Shown here one piece after another: positions 14,824-29,034 of a stretch of 64,000 nucleotides of DNA. Origin of the DNA: Eledone cirrhosa (taxonomy: Eukaryota); assembly GCA_964016885.1 (NCBI GenBank), contig OZ024763.1:6820001-6884000 (forward strand), given 5' to 3'. Position 1 is the stretch's first letter. The number at the start of each line of letters is the position of its first letter. The notes below the pieces were generated by a model, which saw only the letters and a list, made by a program, of their open reading frames with translations, was not told where the DNA came from and searched no databases. The position numbers and the translations under genes are program-made.

Positions 14824-15396
14824 TACACACACACACTATATACACACACACATTATATATATACACACACTATATACACACACACACACACTATATACAC
14901 ACACACACACGTGTGAAGCCAAGTCAATTAGCAAGTTATCACATTAAACTAATTTAGTCGCCAACCAACTTTTCGTTGCTTTCAAACTTGAAAACACGAA
15001 CAAACAGCATCATCACCATCATCACAAGCACCATCATCGTCAACAACAATACCACCAATATTACCATCATCATCATCATCAACAACGGCATCACCATCAA
15101 CATCACCATCACCACAACCACCACCACCACCAACACACCACCACCACCACCATCACCTTCTTCATCACCATCATAACAATCACCATTATCACAACCATCA
15201 TTACCATCACCACCATCACCGCCATCACCGCCATCACCACCATCACCACCATTACCACCACCATCACCACCATCACCACCACCATCACCACCATCACCAT
15301 CACTACCATCATCATCAAATTTGTAAGTAGGTAGCTGTGTTTATGCAAAGAAGTGTTTTTTGTGTAGGTATGTGTATGCACAAGGTTGCATATATA

Positions 15397-15459
<63 letters not shown>

Positions 15460-15771
15460 TCTGTATGTGTGTGTGTGTGTGTGTGTATGTGTGTGTTTGG
15501 GAGTTGGGGTGTAAATTCTCAAGAAAAACAGCAGATGTTTTCCAAAATCTTCATTTAGAATTTAAGTACTCGCCTTCACACCCACCCGCACACCCCTCGC
15601 CTCCACACACTAGTGTACACGTGTACAAACAACGACAAGTGCACTCAGTACATTACACACACACACACACAAATATATATACACACACACTCACACACAC
15701 ATACGTTGACTTTTTTAGTTTCAGAAGATCCCGTTAAGGGTGAAAGCAGCGATTCTTTGCTTGAACTTTAA

Positions 15772-15820
<49 letters not shown>

Positions 15821-15949
15821 ATTTCAGCGAGATCGAATTTCGGCAGTGGTCGAAAACAAAGCGAAACGCAATTTCCAAGTTATGCGGCAAGCGCTCCATG
15901 GACTAAAAAAAAATGCTTATTCGCTCATAATTTATTATATATATATATA

Positions 15950-16280
15950 ATTGTTTCTACTATTGGCACAAGGCCAGCAATTACCCAGTACATTACTGGT
16001 ACTTTATTTTATCGACCCCGTAAGGATGAAAGGCAAAGTTAACCTTGGCGGGATTTGAACTCAGAATGGCAAGGGCCGTAACTCTATGCGTCAAAGCATG
16101 GCGTCCGATCCTCTACCGATACTGCCAACCCATATATAATGAGTGTGTTCTGTTATTAATTCTAGCAATATTACACAAATATGACCCTCCCCAAGTATAA
16201 CAATATATATATATATAAATAATTGTTCCTACTTTAGGCACAAGGCCAGCAATTACCCAGTGCATTACTGGTACTTTATA
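15950..16280 (-). mobile_element. SINE family A: one copy (15950-16130) plus a 3' tail fragment (16221-16280)
   Basis: Reverse complement of the 5887 element. Confidence 0.88.
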
Positions 16281-16331
16281 ATAATAAATTAAGAGCGAAT
16301 AAGCAATTTATTCTAGAAAGGGTTGGCATAA

Positions 16332-16790
16332 CTTAAACGTGTTTCAGAGACTCATCCCTCTTATGATGCTCTCCAGAATCCTCTTATTTTATGGTATGGA
16401 GAGAAGATGGGTATCATTTCAATATTCCACAGATAGAACCTGCAGCAGGGGAGCCGATACAAACAAAAAGGTGTCGTCAAATGACTTCTATTCTTACCAA
16501 GTGATGTTAAGATGAGAACAATCGTGTATCGTCATCTGTTTCACACATTACCTGGTTGATATAAAGATACTCTGAAGACAGATGCTGATATTGGAAACAT
16601 GGGGTCACTTGTAACCCTTCTATCATCATTCCCAGGTGGTCCTCGATATGTGCACCAATGAACACAAGCTGCTATGATATATGTCAGGACATATGGAAAA
16701 CCAGATCTTTTTGTCACTTCTACCTGCAATCCAAAATGGGAGGGAATAAAACCTCACCTTCTTCCAGGTGAGAAACCCGTCATTGACATG
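16332..16790 (+). pseudogene. Helitron Rep domain relic (frameshifted, with stops)
   Basis: Pieces translate LKRVSETHPSYDALQ.PL, KVSSNDFYSYQVM and SSFPGGPRYVHQ*TQAAMIYVRTYGKPDLFVTSTCNPKWEGIK, matching the Helitron Rep GKPDLF(I/V)TFTCNPKW motif. Confidence 0.9.
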
Positions 16791-16973
16791 ATTGGCAGTA
16801 TCGGTAGAGAGGCGGACGCCATGCTTTGCAGCATAGAGTTACGGCCCTTTACTGTGTGAGTTCAAATCCCGCCGTGGTGTACTTTGCCCTTCAACCTTAC
16901 GGGGTCGATAAAATAAAGTACCAGTAATACACTGGGGTAATTGCTGGCCTTGTGCCAAAAGTAGAAACAATTA
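16790..16973 (+). mobile_element. SINE family A
   Basis: attggcagtatcggtagag...gagttcaaatcccgcc...gtagaaacaatt. Truncates the Helitron relic. Confidence 0.9.
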
Positions 16974-17154
16974 TGCCACCTTCTCTAGCCCCCACCTGTA
17001 GTTATGCCCCCCCTTTCTAGCCCCCCCCCCTGTAGTTATTCCCCCCCCCCCCCCCACCACCACCGCCCTTTCTAACCCCCCGCCCCACCTGTCTCACCAT
17101 TGCCATATTTTATTAACCTATGTTCTCAGTGTCATATTGTCCCTTAACAGAATC

Positions 17155-17593
17155 TTATGATGTTGATGGTGATGATGGTGGTGATGGTGGTGATGGTAGT
17201 GATGGTGGTGGTGGTGATGGTAGTGATGGTGGTGGTGATGATGGTAGTGATGGTGGTGGTGGTGGTGATGGTAGTGATGGTGGTGGTGGTGATGGTAGTG
17301 ATGGTGGTGGTGGTGATGGTGGTGATGGTAGTGGTGGTGGTGATGGTGGTGGTGGTGATGGTGTTGATGGTGATGATGGTAGTGATGGTGGTGGTGATGG
17401 TGGTGATGTTGGTGGTGGTGATGATAGTGGTGATGGTGGTGATAGTGTTGATGGTGGTGATGGTGGTGATGATGTTGATGGTGATGTTGAAGGTGATGAT
17501 AGTGATGGTGTTGATGGTGTTGATGATGTTGATGGTGGTGATGGTGATGTTGAAGGTGATGGTGGTGGTGGTGGTGGTGGTGGTGGTGGTGGT
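17155..17593. repeat. (GAT/GGT)n degenerate trinucleotide repeat
   Basis: Directly visible. Confidence 0.9.
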
Positions 17594-18521
17594 GAGCATA
17601 GTTTTTACACCATCCGCCTTTCTCCCTTTAACACACTCATACACACAGAAAGAGCTGTTTTGTCGTAGAATGTTCACCATCTCCCTTGTGTCTGTCTGTG
17701 TCTATGTGTGTGTGTGTGTGTATGTGTGTCTGTGTCTATGTGTGTCTGTGTCTATGTGTGTGTGTGTCTGTGTGTGTACAGAAAGCCATCATTCTCAAGT
17801 CGTCTATTGTCTCTAAGGTATAATTCTCTCTCTCTCTCTCTCTCTCTCTCCCCCCCTCTCTCTCCCCTCTCTCTCTCCCCTCTCTCTATCCTCTCTCTCT
17901 CTCCCCTCTCTCTCCATCTCCCCCTCTCTATCTCCCCCTCTCTCTCTCCCTCCCTCTCTATATATATATCTGTGTGTATGTACAGAAAGCCATCATTCTC
18001 CATTCTCTCTCAGCTATAATTCTATATATATATGTATGTGTGTGTGTGTGTTTCTATGTGTTTGTGTGTCTGTGTGTGTGTGTGTGCGTCTGTGTGTGTG
18101 TGTGTATGTGTGTGTGAGTGTGTGTTTGTGCGTGTGTGTGTGTCTCTGTGTGTGTGTGTATGTGTACAGAAGCCCACCATTCTCTCTCAGCTATAATTCC
18201 AAACAACCAAGATATCGAGGTTGTTGGCCAAATGAAGCGTTAATTAAATTAGACATTTTATAATTCTGGAGACCAACAAACTAATTAAACATGCTATCTC
18301 CCCATCTCTATCTCCCCCCTCTCTATCTCCCCCTCTCTATCTCCCCCCTCTCTATCTCCTCCCTCACTATCTCCCCCCTCTCTATCTCCTCCCTCTCGCC
18401 ACTCTCTTTCTTTATATATATATCTATCTATCTGTATACACACACACACACACATATGTATATATATATATCTATGTATGTCTATCTATCTATGTATATA
18501 CATATATATATATACATATAC

Positions 18522-18576
<55 letters not shown>

Positions 18577-18707
18577 CATACATATATACATATATACACA
18601 CACATATATATTATGTTAATATATCATTCCCTAGCTATCCTTATAAATCTTCAAACACCACATATGTAGTTCCTAGTCTTTCCTAGTCTCTTTTTTACAC
18701 ACTCACA

Positions 18708-18747
<40 letters not shown>

Positions 18748-19025
18748 CACTCACACTCACACACACTCTCACTCACACACACTCTCACTCACACACACAC
18801 ACACTCTCTCACACACACACACACACACTCACACTCACACACACTCTCACACACACTCTCACTCACACACACTCTCACTCACACACACACACTCACTCTC
18901 ACACACACACACTCTCACTCACACACTCTCACTCACACACACACACTCACACACACACACTCTCTCTCACACACACACACTCACACTCTCAGACACACAC
19001 TCACACGCTCTCTCTCTCTCACACA

Positions 19026-19114
<89 letters not shown>

Positions 19115-19372
19115 CTCTCTCACACACAAGCCTTATCACGTTATCTCTATGTATTGCTCGTTTTCATGTGTGTGTGTATGTGTACACGTACGTGTGTGTG
19201 TGTGTGTATGTGTCTGTACACATGTGATTGTGTGTGTTTATAACTGTATGTGCATATATTCATCGTAATGTATGTTTGTAAGTATATATCTGTGTGTGTA
19301 CGTGTGTATGTTTATAGGGCTGTGTGAATATATATACACATATATATGAGTGAGTGTATATATGTATGTGTG

Positions 19373-19412
<40 letters not shown>

Positions 19413-19418
19413 TGTATG

Positions 19419-19453
<35 letters not shown>

Positions 19454-19962
19454 GTGTATATATATGTGTGTGTGTGTATATATGTATATATGTGTGTGTG
19501 TGTATATATGTATATATATGTGTGTGTGTATATATGTATATATATGTGTTTGTGTGTGTATGTATATATATATACATACGCATATATATATATATACACA
19601 TATATATATTTACACACACACATATATATATATATATATACACATACATATATGTATATATATATATATTCACACACACAGACACATATATACATACACC
19701 TACATATATATATATATATATATAGAACACACACACACATATATACATACACCTACATATAGATATATATAGAACACACACACACATTTATATATACACC
19801 TACATATATATATATATATATATATATATGTCAGTGAAATCAACAGATACATATTAGATAATTAGATGATAAGGGATTGTTTATATGTAATTTGACTGGC
19901 ATCAATGAACAGGTATGTATATATATATATATATATATATGTATATCCTATATATATATATA

Positions 19963-20075
<113 letters not shown>

Positions 20076-20452
20076 CCTATATATATATAAACTGAGATAT
20101 ATATATATATAGACACACACATGTATATATATATATATATATATATATCAGTATATATATATATATATATCAGTATATATATATATATCAGTATATATAT
20201 ATATATCAGTATATATATATATAGGATATACATATATATATATATATCAGTATATATATATATATATATATGTATATCCTATATATATATAAACTGAGAT
20301 ATATATATATATAGACACACACATGTATATATATATATATATATATATATCAGTATATATATATATATATATCAGTATATATATATATATCAGTATATAT
20401 ATATATATCAGTATATATATATATAGGATATACATATATATATATATATCAG

Positions 20453-20485
<33 letters not shown>

Positions 20486-20827
20486 CTATATATATATGTG
20501 TGTGTCTATATATATATATATGTGTGTGTGTCTATATATATATATATGTGTGTGTCTATATATATATATATATGTGTGTGTGTCTATATATATATATGTG
20601 TGTGTCTATATATATATATATGTGTGTGTCTATATATATATATGTGTCTATGTATATATATATGTATGTGTGTGTGTGTAAACATGATAATTGCCCCAAT
20701 TTATAACAAATATTTGCCGCTTTTGGGTGGAACGTTACTTTTGTGTCTCGTTTTGGCAGGAGGGGGGGGGGATGAGGGAAGAGACTTTGTGAGAGGGGGA
20801 GGGGGAGAGAGAAAACGGGAGAATTAG

Positions 20828-21200
20828 TGAGAGATGGAGAGAGAGAGAAGGGAAGAGAGAGGGGGACAGCGAGAAGGGAGAGAATGCTCGAGGAGGGGAG
20901 AGAGAAGGGAAGAGAGAGGGAGACAGCGAGAAGGGAGAGAGTGCTCGAGGAGGGGAGAGGTGGAGAGAGAGAGAGAAGGGAAGAGAGTGGGAGACAGCGA
21001 GAAGGGAGAGAGTGCTCGAGGAGGGGAGAGGTGGAGAGAGAGAGAGAGAAGGGAAGAGAGAGGGAGACAGCGAGAAGGGAGAGAGTGCTCGAGGAGGGGA
21101 GAGAGTGCTCGAGGAGGGGAGAGGTGGAGAGAGAGTGAGAGAAGGGAAGAGAGAAGGGAAGAGACAGCGAGAAGGGAGAGATGGAGAGAGAAAGATGGGT
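20828..21200. repeat. Purine-rich minisatellite, ~55-72 bp units
   Basis: Repeated agagagaagggaagagagagggagacagcgagaagggagagagtgctcgaggagggg. Confidence 0.85.
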
Positions 21201-21304
21201 GAGTGAGGGAGAGTGGGTAGAGGGAAACACTGGCCAGAGAGAGGGGAGAGAAGAGAAGGTGTATGGAGATAAACGTATAGAGAGCGAAAGATGGCAGATG
21301 TGAG

Positions 21305-21965
<661 letters not shown>

Positions 21966-22227
21966 GTGTTTGTAGACAGAGATTGATCGGAACATCTGTT
22001 AAATACCAGGAAACAACAATTAATGACATAATAGGATAGGGAGGAGGAGTAGAGGGGTGGGAGTGAGGTAGAGGGTGAGGTGTGAGTGAGGTAGAGTGAG
22101 GTAGAGGGAGAGAGACTGAGGGGGAAAGGAGGGTGAGAGAATGTATTTAAAGAGGAAAATCGTGGCAATTAGATCTTAATTAGTTTTTTTTCTTGCTTAT
22201 TTGTATGTGTGTATGTCCGAGTATGTA

Positions 22228-22334
<107 letters not shown>

Positions 22335-22756
22335 GTATATATACAGAATAGCGCAAGGATAGCGTATTTATATATACATACACACACAGTGTGTATGTAT
22401 ATATATATACACATGTATATATATATATACGAAACATTGGACGAAAGTCGATAAAATGAAGCACCAGTAATGTACTGGGGGTCGATTTAACCGACTTTCC
22501 CCGCATCTTCAAATTGCTGGCCTTGTGCCTAAAGTAGAAACGATTATTATTATTATTATATAGAAAATTGTTTGGAAATTATATATATATATATTTACTA
22601 GGAAATCTTAGATATTTTTACTCGGAAAATTTATACCCTTCTGCAATGTAATAACATCTCTTTAGACGGTATTTTATTTTAATTTAGTTCTATTTTATAT
22701 TTATATATTTTAAATGCAAAGAAATCTTAGACGTTGTTCTACGGTTAGGGAAGTTG

Positions 22757-23040
22757 ATCAACAGATCGGCTGCTATCACAGATCGCCTGCTTCAGAGATC
22801 AGATGCTCCACTGATAATCTGCTGCACAAATCGGCTGCTCCATAGATCGTCTGCTCCACAGATCGTTTGCTTCAGAGATCGTTGCTGCACAGATCGTCTG
22901 CTTCAGAGATCGGTTGCTTCAGAGATCGTCTGCTGCACAGATCGTCTGCTGCACAAATCGTCTGCTCCACAGATCGTTTGCTCCACAGATCGTTTGCTTC
23001 AGAGATCGTTTGCTCCACAGATCGGTTGCTTCAGAGATCA
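22757..23040. repeat. 16-bp tandem repeat (acagatcgtctgctgc / agagatcgtttgcttc), ~17 copies
   Basis: gatc-centred units every 15-16 bp. Abuts the hammerhead at 23041. Confidence 0.9.
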
Positions 23041-23091
23041 TCTTGTCTGATGAGCTTGTGTGTGAGCAGGTGAAACTCCAGAGTAACAAGA
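23041..23091 (+). ncRNA. Minimal type-I hammerhead ribozyme motif
   Basis: ucuugu CUGAUGA gcuugu(guguga)gcaggu GAAA cuc ca gag U A acaaga: 6-bp stem I, intact core, stem II with G-U pairs, short stem III, GUA cleavage triplet. Confidence 0.8.
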
Positions 23092-24138
23092 CTCACTACT
23101 TAGCTTTAATAAAAAGAATATTTAAACTCTACTTTGGTTTTGAGTACACTTTTGTCTCGTCCGTCAACTATATACAGATGATAAACATACACACATATAT
23201 CGCTTTGCTTTATTTGTTTGCCTTTTGCATATATATATATATGCAAAAAGCAAACAAATAACAAAGCAAGCGATAAATAAATATATATATGTAATAAAGT
23301 GTTAAACTAGAAGTTAAAATGGAGGTAAGGTCTGACGTGTTGTTAACATTGTTTCAGCGGCAAACAAAATAGACATTTTTTTCATTTTATTTCGAAAACA
23401 AAAACCAAAAACAACAAAAGGTATTTGAAGCTTTCTTTCCGGTAATTTAGGTAACTTGGATTACAATTTCTGTTTTGGTTTTGTCTGACGAAATATTTTA
23501 GTTTTTGAAAACAAAAAAAAAAACATTTTTTTTTTCCATTTAAAAAAAAAAATGTTTCCTTGTAACTTCTATTGTTTTTTGTTTTGTTGTTTGAAAACCA
23601 CATTTCTGCTGCTGTTGTTGTTGTCGTTATTGTTGTTTGAAAGACGCATTTTAGATGGTGTTGTTATTGTTGTAGATGTTGTTGTTATTGTTGTAGATGT
23701 TGTTGTTGTTGTTGTTGCTGTTCTTGTTGTTGCTGTTATTTCGTTGGAGGTCTGGTTTCATTTTATTTTCATATTTTAGATAACATCTTATTCTATTTTT
23801 TGGGGGTTGGGTGGTGGTGCTGGCGGTGGTAGTGGGGATGGTACTGTTGCTGTTATTGTTGTTGTTGGTGGTGATGGTAGTAGTAGTAGTAGTAGTAGTA
23901 GTAATAGTACTAGCAGTAGTAGCACTCTTGGTGGTGGTGGTGGTAATGGTGGTAGTAGTAGTGGTGGTGGTGGTGCAACAAAAGACAAAAATATCAAGAA
24001 AATTGATTTAGTTCTGTCTTACAAGTTCTTTCTTGTGTTTTCTCTCTCTCTCTCTCTCTTCCCCCTTCTCTCATACACACACACATATATACACATATAT
24101 ATATATACATATATATATATGTAAATATATATATAAAT

Positions 24139-24169
<31 letters not shown>

Positions 24170-25527
24170 CACACATATATATATAACATCGGTGCGGTGT
24201 AACATTTACAATAGAAAACGAAATAAGATGGCGTATTATCTGTGTAGGTGGCGCTATATATCGCAATGGCTTCCAAGTGCAGCCATGTTGTTTTCCTGCG
24301 TTGTTGTTGTTGTTGGTGTTGGTGATGCTGTTGTTGTTGTTGTTGGTGGTGGTAGTGGTGATGCTGTTATTACTGTTGTTGTTCTTGTTTTTAACTGTTA
24401 TTGTTGCTGCAGTTGTTGTTGCTGTTGTTGTTGATGTTGTTGGTGCTGTTATTGTTGCTGTTGTTGTTGCTGCAGTTGTTGTTGTTGTTGTTGTTGTTGC
24501 TGTTGTTTTTACCTGTCTATTGTTGAATATTACAAGGATGATTTTCTTGGAGATCATAATAAAGTAGTTGATTGAAATATGTTAGTGGTGGCGTGGTGTG
24601 GCGGTGGGGCTGCGGTGGTGTGGTGGCGGGGCTGTGGTTGTGGTGGTGTGGTGGCGGTGGTGTGATGGTGGGGATATGGTGGTGGGGCTGTCGTGGTGGC
24701 GGTGGTGTGGTGGCGGTGTTGTGTGGTGATAATGGTGGCGGTGGTGTTGTTGGTAGCGGTGTTGGTGGAGGTGGTGTTGCTAGTAGTAGTTGTAGTGGTG
24801 GTGATAGTAGTAATAGTTGTAGTGGTGGTGGAGGTGCATTTAGACACCACCATCACCATCTCCCTTCACCACCACCAAGACCACCAGCACAACAACAACA
24901 ACACCACCACCACCATCATCATCACCATCTCCCTTCACCACCACCACCACCGCCCCCGCCACCACCACACCCCCCGCCACCACACCACCACCACCACCAC
25001 ACCACCACCACCACCACACCACCACCACCACACCACCACCACCACACCACCACACCACCAGCACAACACCACCACCACCAACCATCTCCTTTCACCACCA
25101 CCACCGCCACCACCACCACCACCACCACCACCACCAACCATCTCCTTTCACCACCACCACCGCCACCACCACACCACCAGCACAACACCACCATCACCTC
25201 CGCCACCATCATCACCACCATCTCTCTTCCCCAGAAACACCAACACACCACCACCACCACCAAAGAAACCCACCCCACCAACTCCTCCTACTACCACCCT
25301 ATCTACCTATCTATCTATTAATCCAAACCCAATCACCGATGGTTATCTCCAATTTTCCACAACAATAGATATTTCCCGCCAACCCACCCCACCACCTCGC
25401 TACCACCGTCCTCAGATAATATCTCTCTCCTTGATCGAACAGACAAAACTTTGATCAGTCAATTATTTTCCCAGTTGAACATTTCTTTACATTTAAAACC
25501 GATCAACTGCTGCTGTTCAGCAATCAA

Positions 25528-25574
<47 letters not shown>

Positions 25575-25576
<2 letters not shown>

Positions 25577-26085
25577 AAATAAAGTACCAGTAATGTACTG
25601 GGGTAATTGCTGGCCTTGTGCCAAAAGTAGAAACAATTATTGTTATTACCATTTGTTATTATTTGTTGTTGTTTTTGTTTGACTAACTTGAGGAGGAGAG
25701 GGGTGTACTCCCCGGGTGCCCTAGAAGCGCAGGGTGGTTCAGGATTGGTGGGGTACCTGAGTCACCCCGGGGTCGTCCACCCCCTCCCTATTGGGGGAAT
25801 TTATTTTGTTATATTTATGCATAGTTTATTTTATATTTATTAAATTAGTGTTGCCTTTGTGCGCTTTTTCTCGACCTTATTGTAAACCCCTTCTGTCCCT
25901 GTCTTTGTATTGTCCCCTACATATCGGCCCTTGTGGCCAATACATGAAATTATTATTATTATTATTATTATTATTCCCCCGAGGTTAACTTTGCCTTTCA
26001 TCCTTACGGGGTTGATAAAATAAAGTACCAGTAATACACTGGGGGAATTGCTGGTCTTGTGCTTGAATCAGAAACGATTATTAGT
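25575..26085 (+). mobile_element. SINE family A fragments (25575-25640, 25978-26085) around a LINE 3' end (25690-25975)
   Basis: SINE core and tail motifs. The middle part matches the 13555-13790 element. Confidence 0.7.
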
Positions 26086-26135
26086 ATTATCATTATGAAA
26101 AATTTAAAAAAAGATATAAAGAATAAAAATAAAAG

Positions 26136-26166
<31 letters not shown>

Positions 26167-26947
26167 GTTTGTTGTTTTTTTCTAATCTTTCTTTGTTTTT
26201 TTTTGTTTTTTTTCTTAAGAAAAAAAAAAACGAGAAGTATTATTTTTAGAGTTATAAACTTGGACGACCTTAATCAACGGAGTTTCGTAAAGAAATGTTT
26301 GTCATGCGCAAAATAACATTTAACAACAACGACAACAATAACTTCAACATCACCAACCTAACAACAACAACAGCAACAATAATAATAACAATATAAATAA
26401 TAATAATAATGATGATGATGATGTCGATGATGATGATAAAGTTCCATTGAGCCATATATTATTGTTTTAATATATATATATATATAGAGAGAGAGAGAGG
26501 GGGGAGAGAGAGAAACGATATAGAGATGGAACAAATGACAAACTAAATGAATTATATGTTGGTCAGATTTGATTGTGTAGTGAAGAAATTGTTTCTATTT
26601 TTGATAAAACAAGAAGTTCGTATAAATGGCGGCGGTGGTGTCAGTTGGTGGGGAAGGAATTAACACGTTGGATTAAAACAAAAACAACTTAACACTTCGT
26701 TATATTTATGCTGACTCACTGCGTTCTGAGTTCCATTCCTGTCAAGGTCACGTGATAACCGGTGAGTCGAAAAAAATCACTAAAACATCAGAATGGGATA
26801 TATATATGATGATTTCTAATGAATGAAACAGTTCTAGTCCTGTAGAATCTCATCTATATTAAAACTATATATATATATAGATAAGTTTATCCCGGGTTCA
26901 ATCGGGGGTAACCACAGTAAAGTACTCAATACAAAGCAGAGTATAAA

Positions 26948-27079
26948 TATTTAATATAGAAATGGCTTCTACAGGATTAGAACTGTTTCATTTGAAGAAA
27001 ATCACCGGGAAAGCTTTTCCTATGATTACTTTCGAATGAAACAGTTCTAGTTCTGTAGAAGCCATTTCTATATTAAATA
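26948..27079. repeat. Imperfect palindrome centred on aagctt, with a third arm copy at ~26822-26862
   Basis: atttaatatagaaatggcttctacag...ctgtagaagccatttctatattaaat. Confidence 0.85.
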
Positions 27080-28304
27080 AATATATATATATATATATCA
27101 TGTCAGCAATGTCTAGTTCCTCATCTACCAATATTCTAGTTTCTGTAGTTTTCTTGGCAGAGACACAATCAATATAAATATAATCTTGTTATCTCAATAA
27201 ACAGTTCTACAGACTGACCTTTATTGATCTTGTTAACTTCCTTTCAAATAACTCATGTAAACCATATTACACCATATAAACCATATTACACCATATATAC
27301 CATATTACATCATCTTAGGTCAGTGTTGTTTGTTTGGGTGTTGTTGTTATAACAATAACAACAACACCCACACACACAACACTGACCTAAGAGCAGTATA
27401 AATAGATAAATAGATAAATACATACACAAGCACAATAACATCAAACACATATAAACACACACTAGTAAACTAAGATAGAATACATTAACCAATACACAGT
27501 CACCCAAACAAGAACACACATCAAACAAAACACTATACGCAAACGCATGCGCAGAGAAGACAAAAAAAAACCAAATAAATAAATAAATAAACAGACTAAA
27601 TAAAGATGGCGTAAACATAATAGCAACACTGACGATGTTGCATATGTGCAACGAAAGAACGTTGATAGACTATATATATGTGTTTGTGTCTATATTGTAT
27701 GTGTATTTTTGACCATTGGTCAGTCAATGGCAACATTGAGGACCGAATAAAGTAGTAGTGGTGGTGGTAGGGGTGGTAGAGGTGGTGGGGGTGGTATAGG
27801 TGGGGTAGAGGTGGTAGTAGTGGTGGTGGTAGTGGTGGTGGAGGTGGCAGTAGTGGTGGTGGAGGTGGTAGTAGGGGTGGTAGAGGTGGTAGTAGTGGTG
27901 ATAGGGGTGGTAGTAGTGGTGGTGGAGGTGGTAGTAGTGGTGGAGGTGTTATAGGTGGCAGTAGTGGAGGTGGTAGTGGTGGTGGTGGAGGTGGTAGTAG
28001 GGGTGGTATAGGTGGCAGTGGTGGAGGTGGTAGTAGTGGAGGTGGCAGTAGTGGTGGTGGGGATGGCAGTGATTTTGGAGTTAGTATCGCAATGCGTGTG
28101 TGTATGTCTGTGTATGTGTATGATTACCTGTATGTGTGTGTATGTGAGTGTCTGTGTGTGTATGTGAGTCTGTGTGTGTATGTATGTGTCTGTGTGTGTA
28201 AGTGAGTGTCTGTGTGTGTATGTGTCTCTGTAGTTGACCTCCAATTTCAGAAACCATGTTACGTACAAACATGACTTGACAATCTGAAAAAGTTATCGAA
28301 ATTT

Positions 28305-28426
28305 TAAGCAGAAAGAAGAAAGAAAGCAAATGTAACTAAGGGCAATAACTCTGCTACGACATTCTTTTATAAGTATTTAGAGTTATTGCCCTTAGTTACA
28401 TTTGCTTTCTTTCTTCTTTCTGCTTA
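28305..28426. repeat. Perfect 48-bp inverted repeat with 26-bp spacer (MITE-like)
   Basis: taagcagaaagaagaaagaaagcaaatgtaactaagggcaataactct followed by its exact reverse complement. Confidence 0.9.
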
Positions 28427-29034
28427 CTGTTGTCATCATAGTGTCATTGTTGGTGGTGATGGTGGAGGTGGCTGTGTAGTTGTGGTGGTGGTGGTAGTGT
28501 TGGTAGTGATGGTGGTGGTGGTGGAGGTGGCTGTGTAGTTGTAGTGGTGGTGGTAGTGGTGATGGTGGAGGTGGCTGTGTAGTGGTGGTGGTAGTGTTGA
28601 TGGTGGAGGTGGCTGTGTAGTGGTGGTGGTGGTAGTGTTGGTGGTGATGGTGGAGGTGGCTGTGTAGTTGTAGTGGTGGTGGTAGTGTTGGTGGTGATGG
28701 TGGAGGTGGCTGTGTGGTGGTGGTGGTAGTGTTGGTGGTGATGGTGGAGGTGGCTGTGTAGTGGTGGTGGTAGTGTTGGTGGTGATGGTGGAGGTGGCTG
28801 TGTAGTGGTGGTGGTGGTGGAGGTGGCTGTATAAATGATGGTTGTAGTGTTGGTGGTGGTGTATTTGTCATCGTGGTGGTGGTGAGGGTGTTGGTGTTGG
28901 TGGTGCTGTTGCTCAACATACTGGATGTAGTGATGGTGGTGGCGGTGGTGACAGTAGAGGCGGTAGTTGTGGCAGCTTTGGTGATAGATGAGTTGGTAGT
29001 AGTAATAGCAGCAGCAGCAGTAGTAGTAGTATTG

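Noticed and set aside
20685-20770. Signal-peptide-like [26 protein letters not shown]
   Set aside because: No splice donor follows, and the frame runs into purine-rich low-complexity sequence and stops at 20827.
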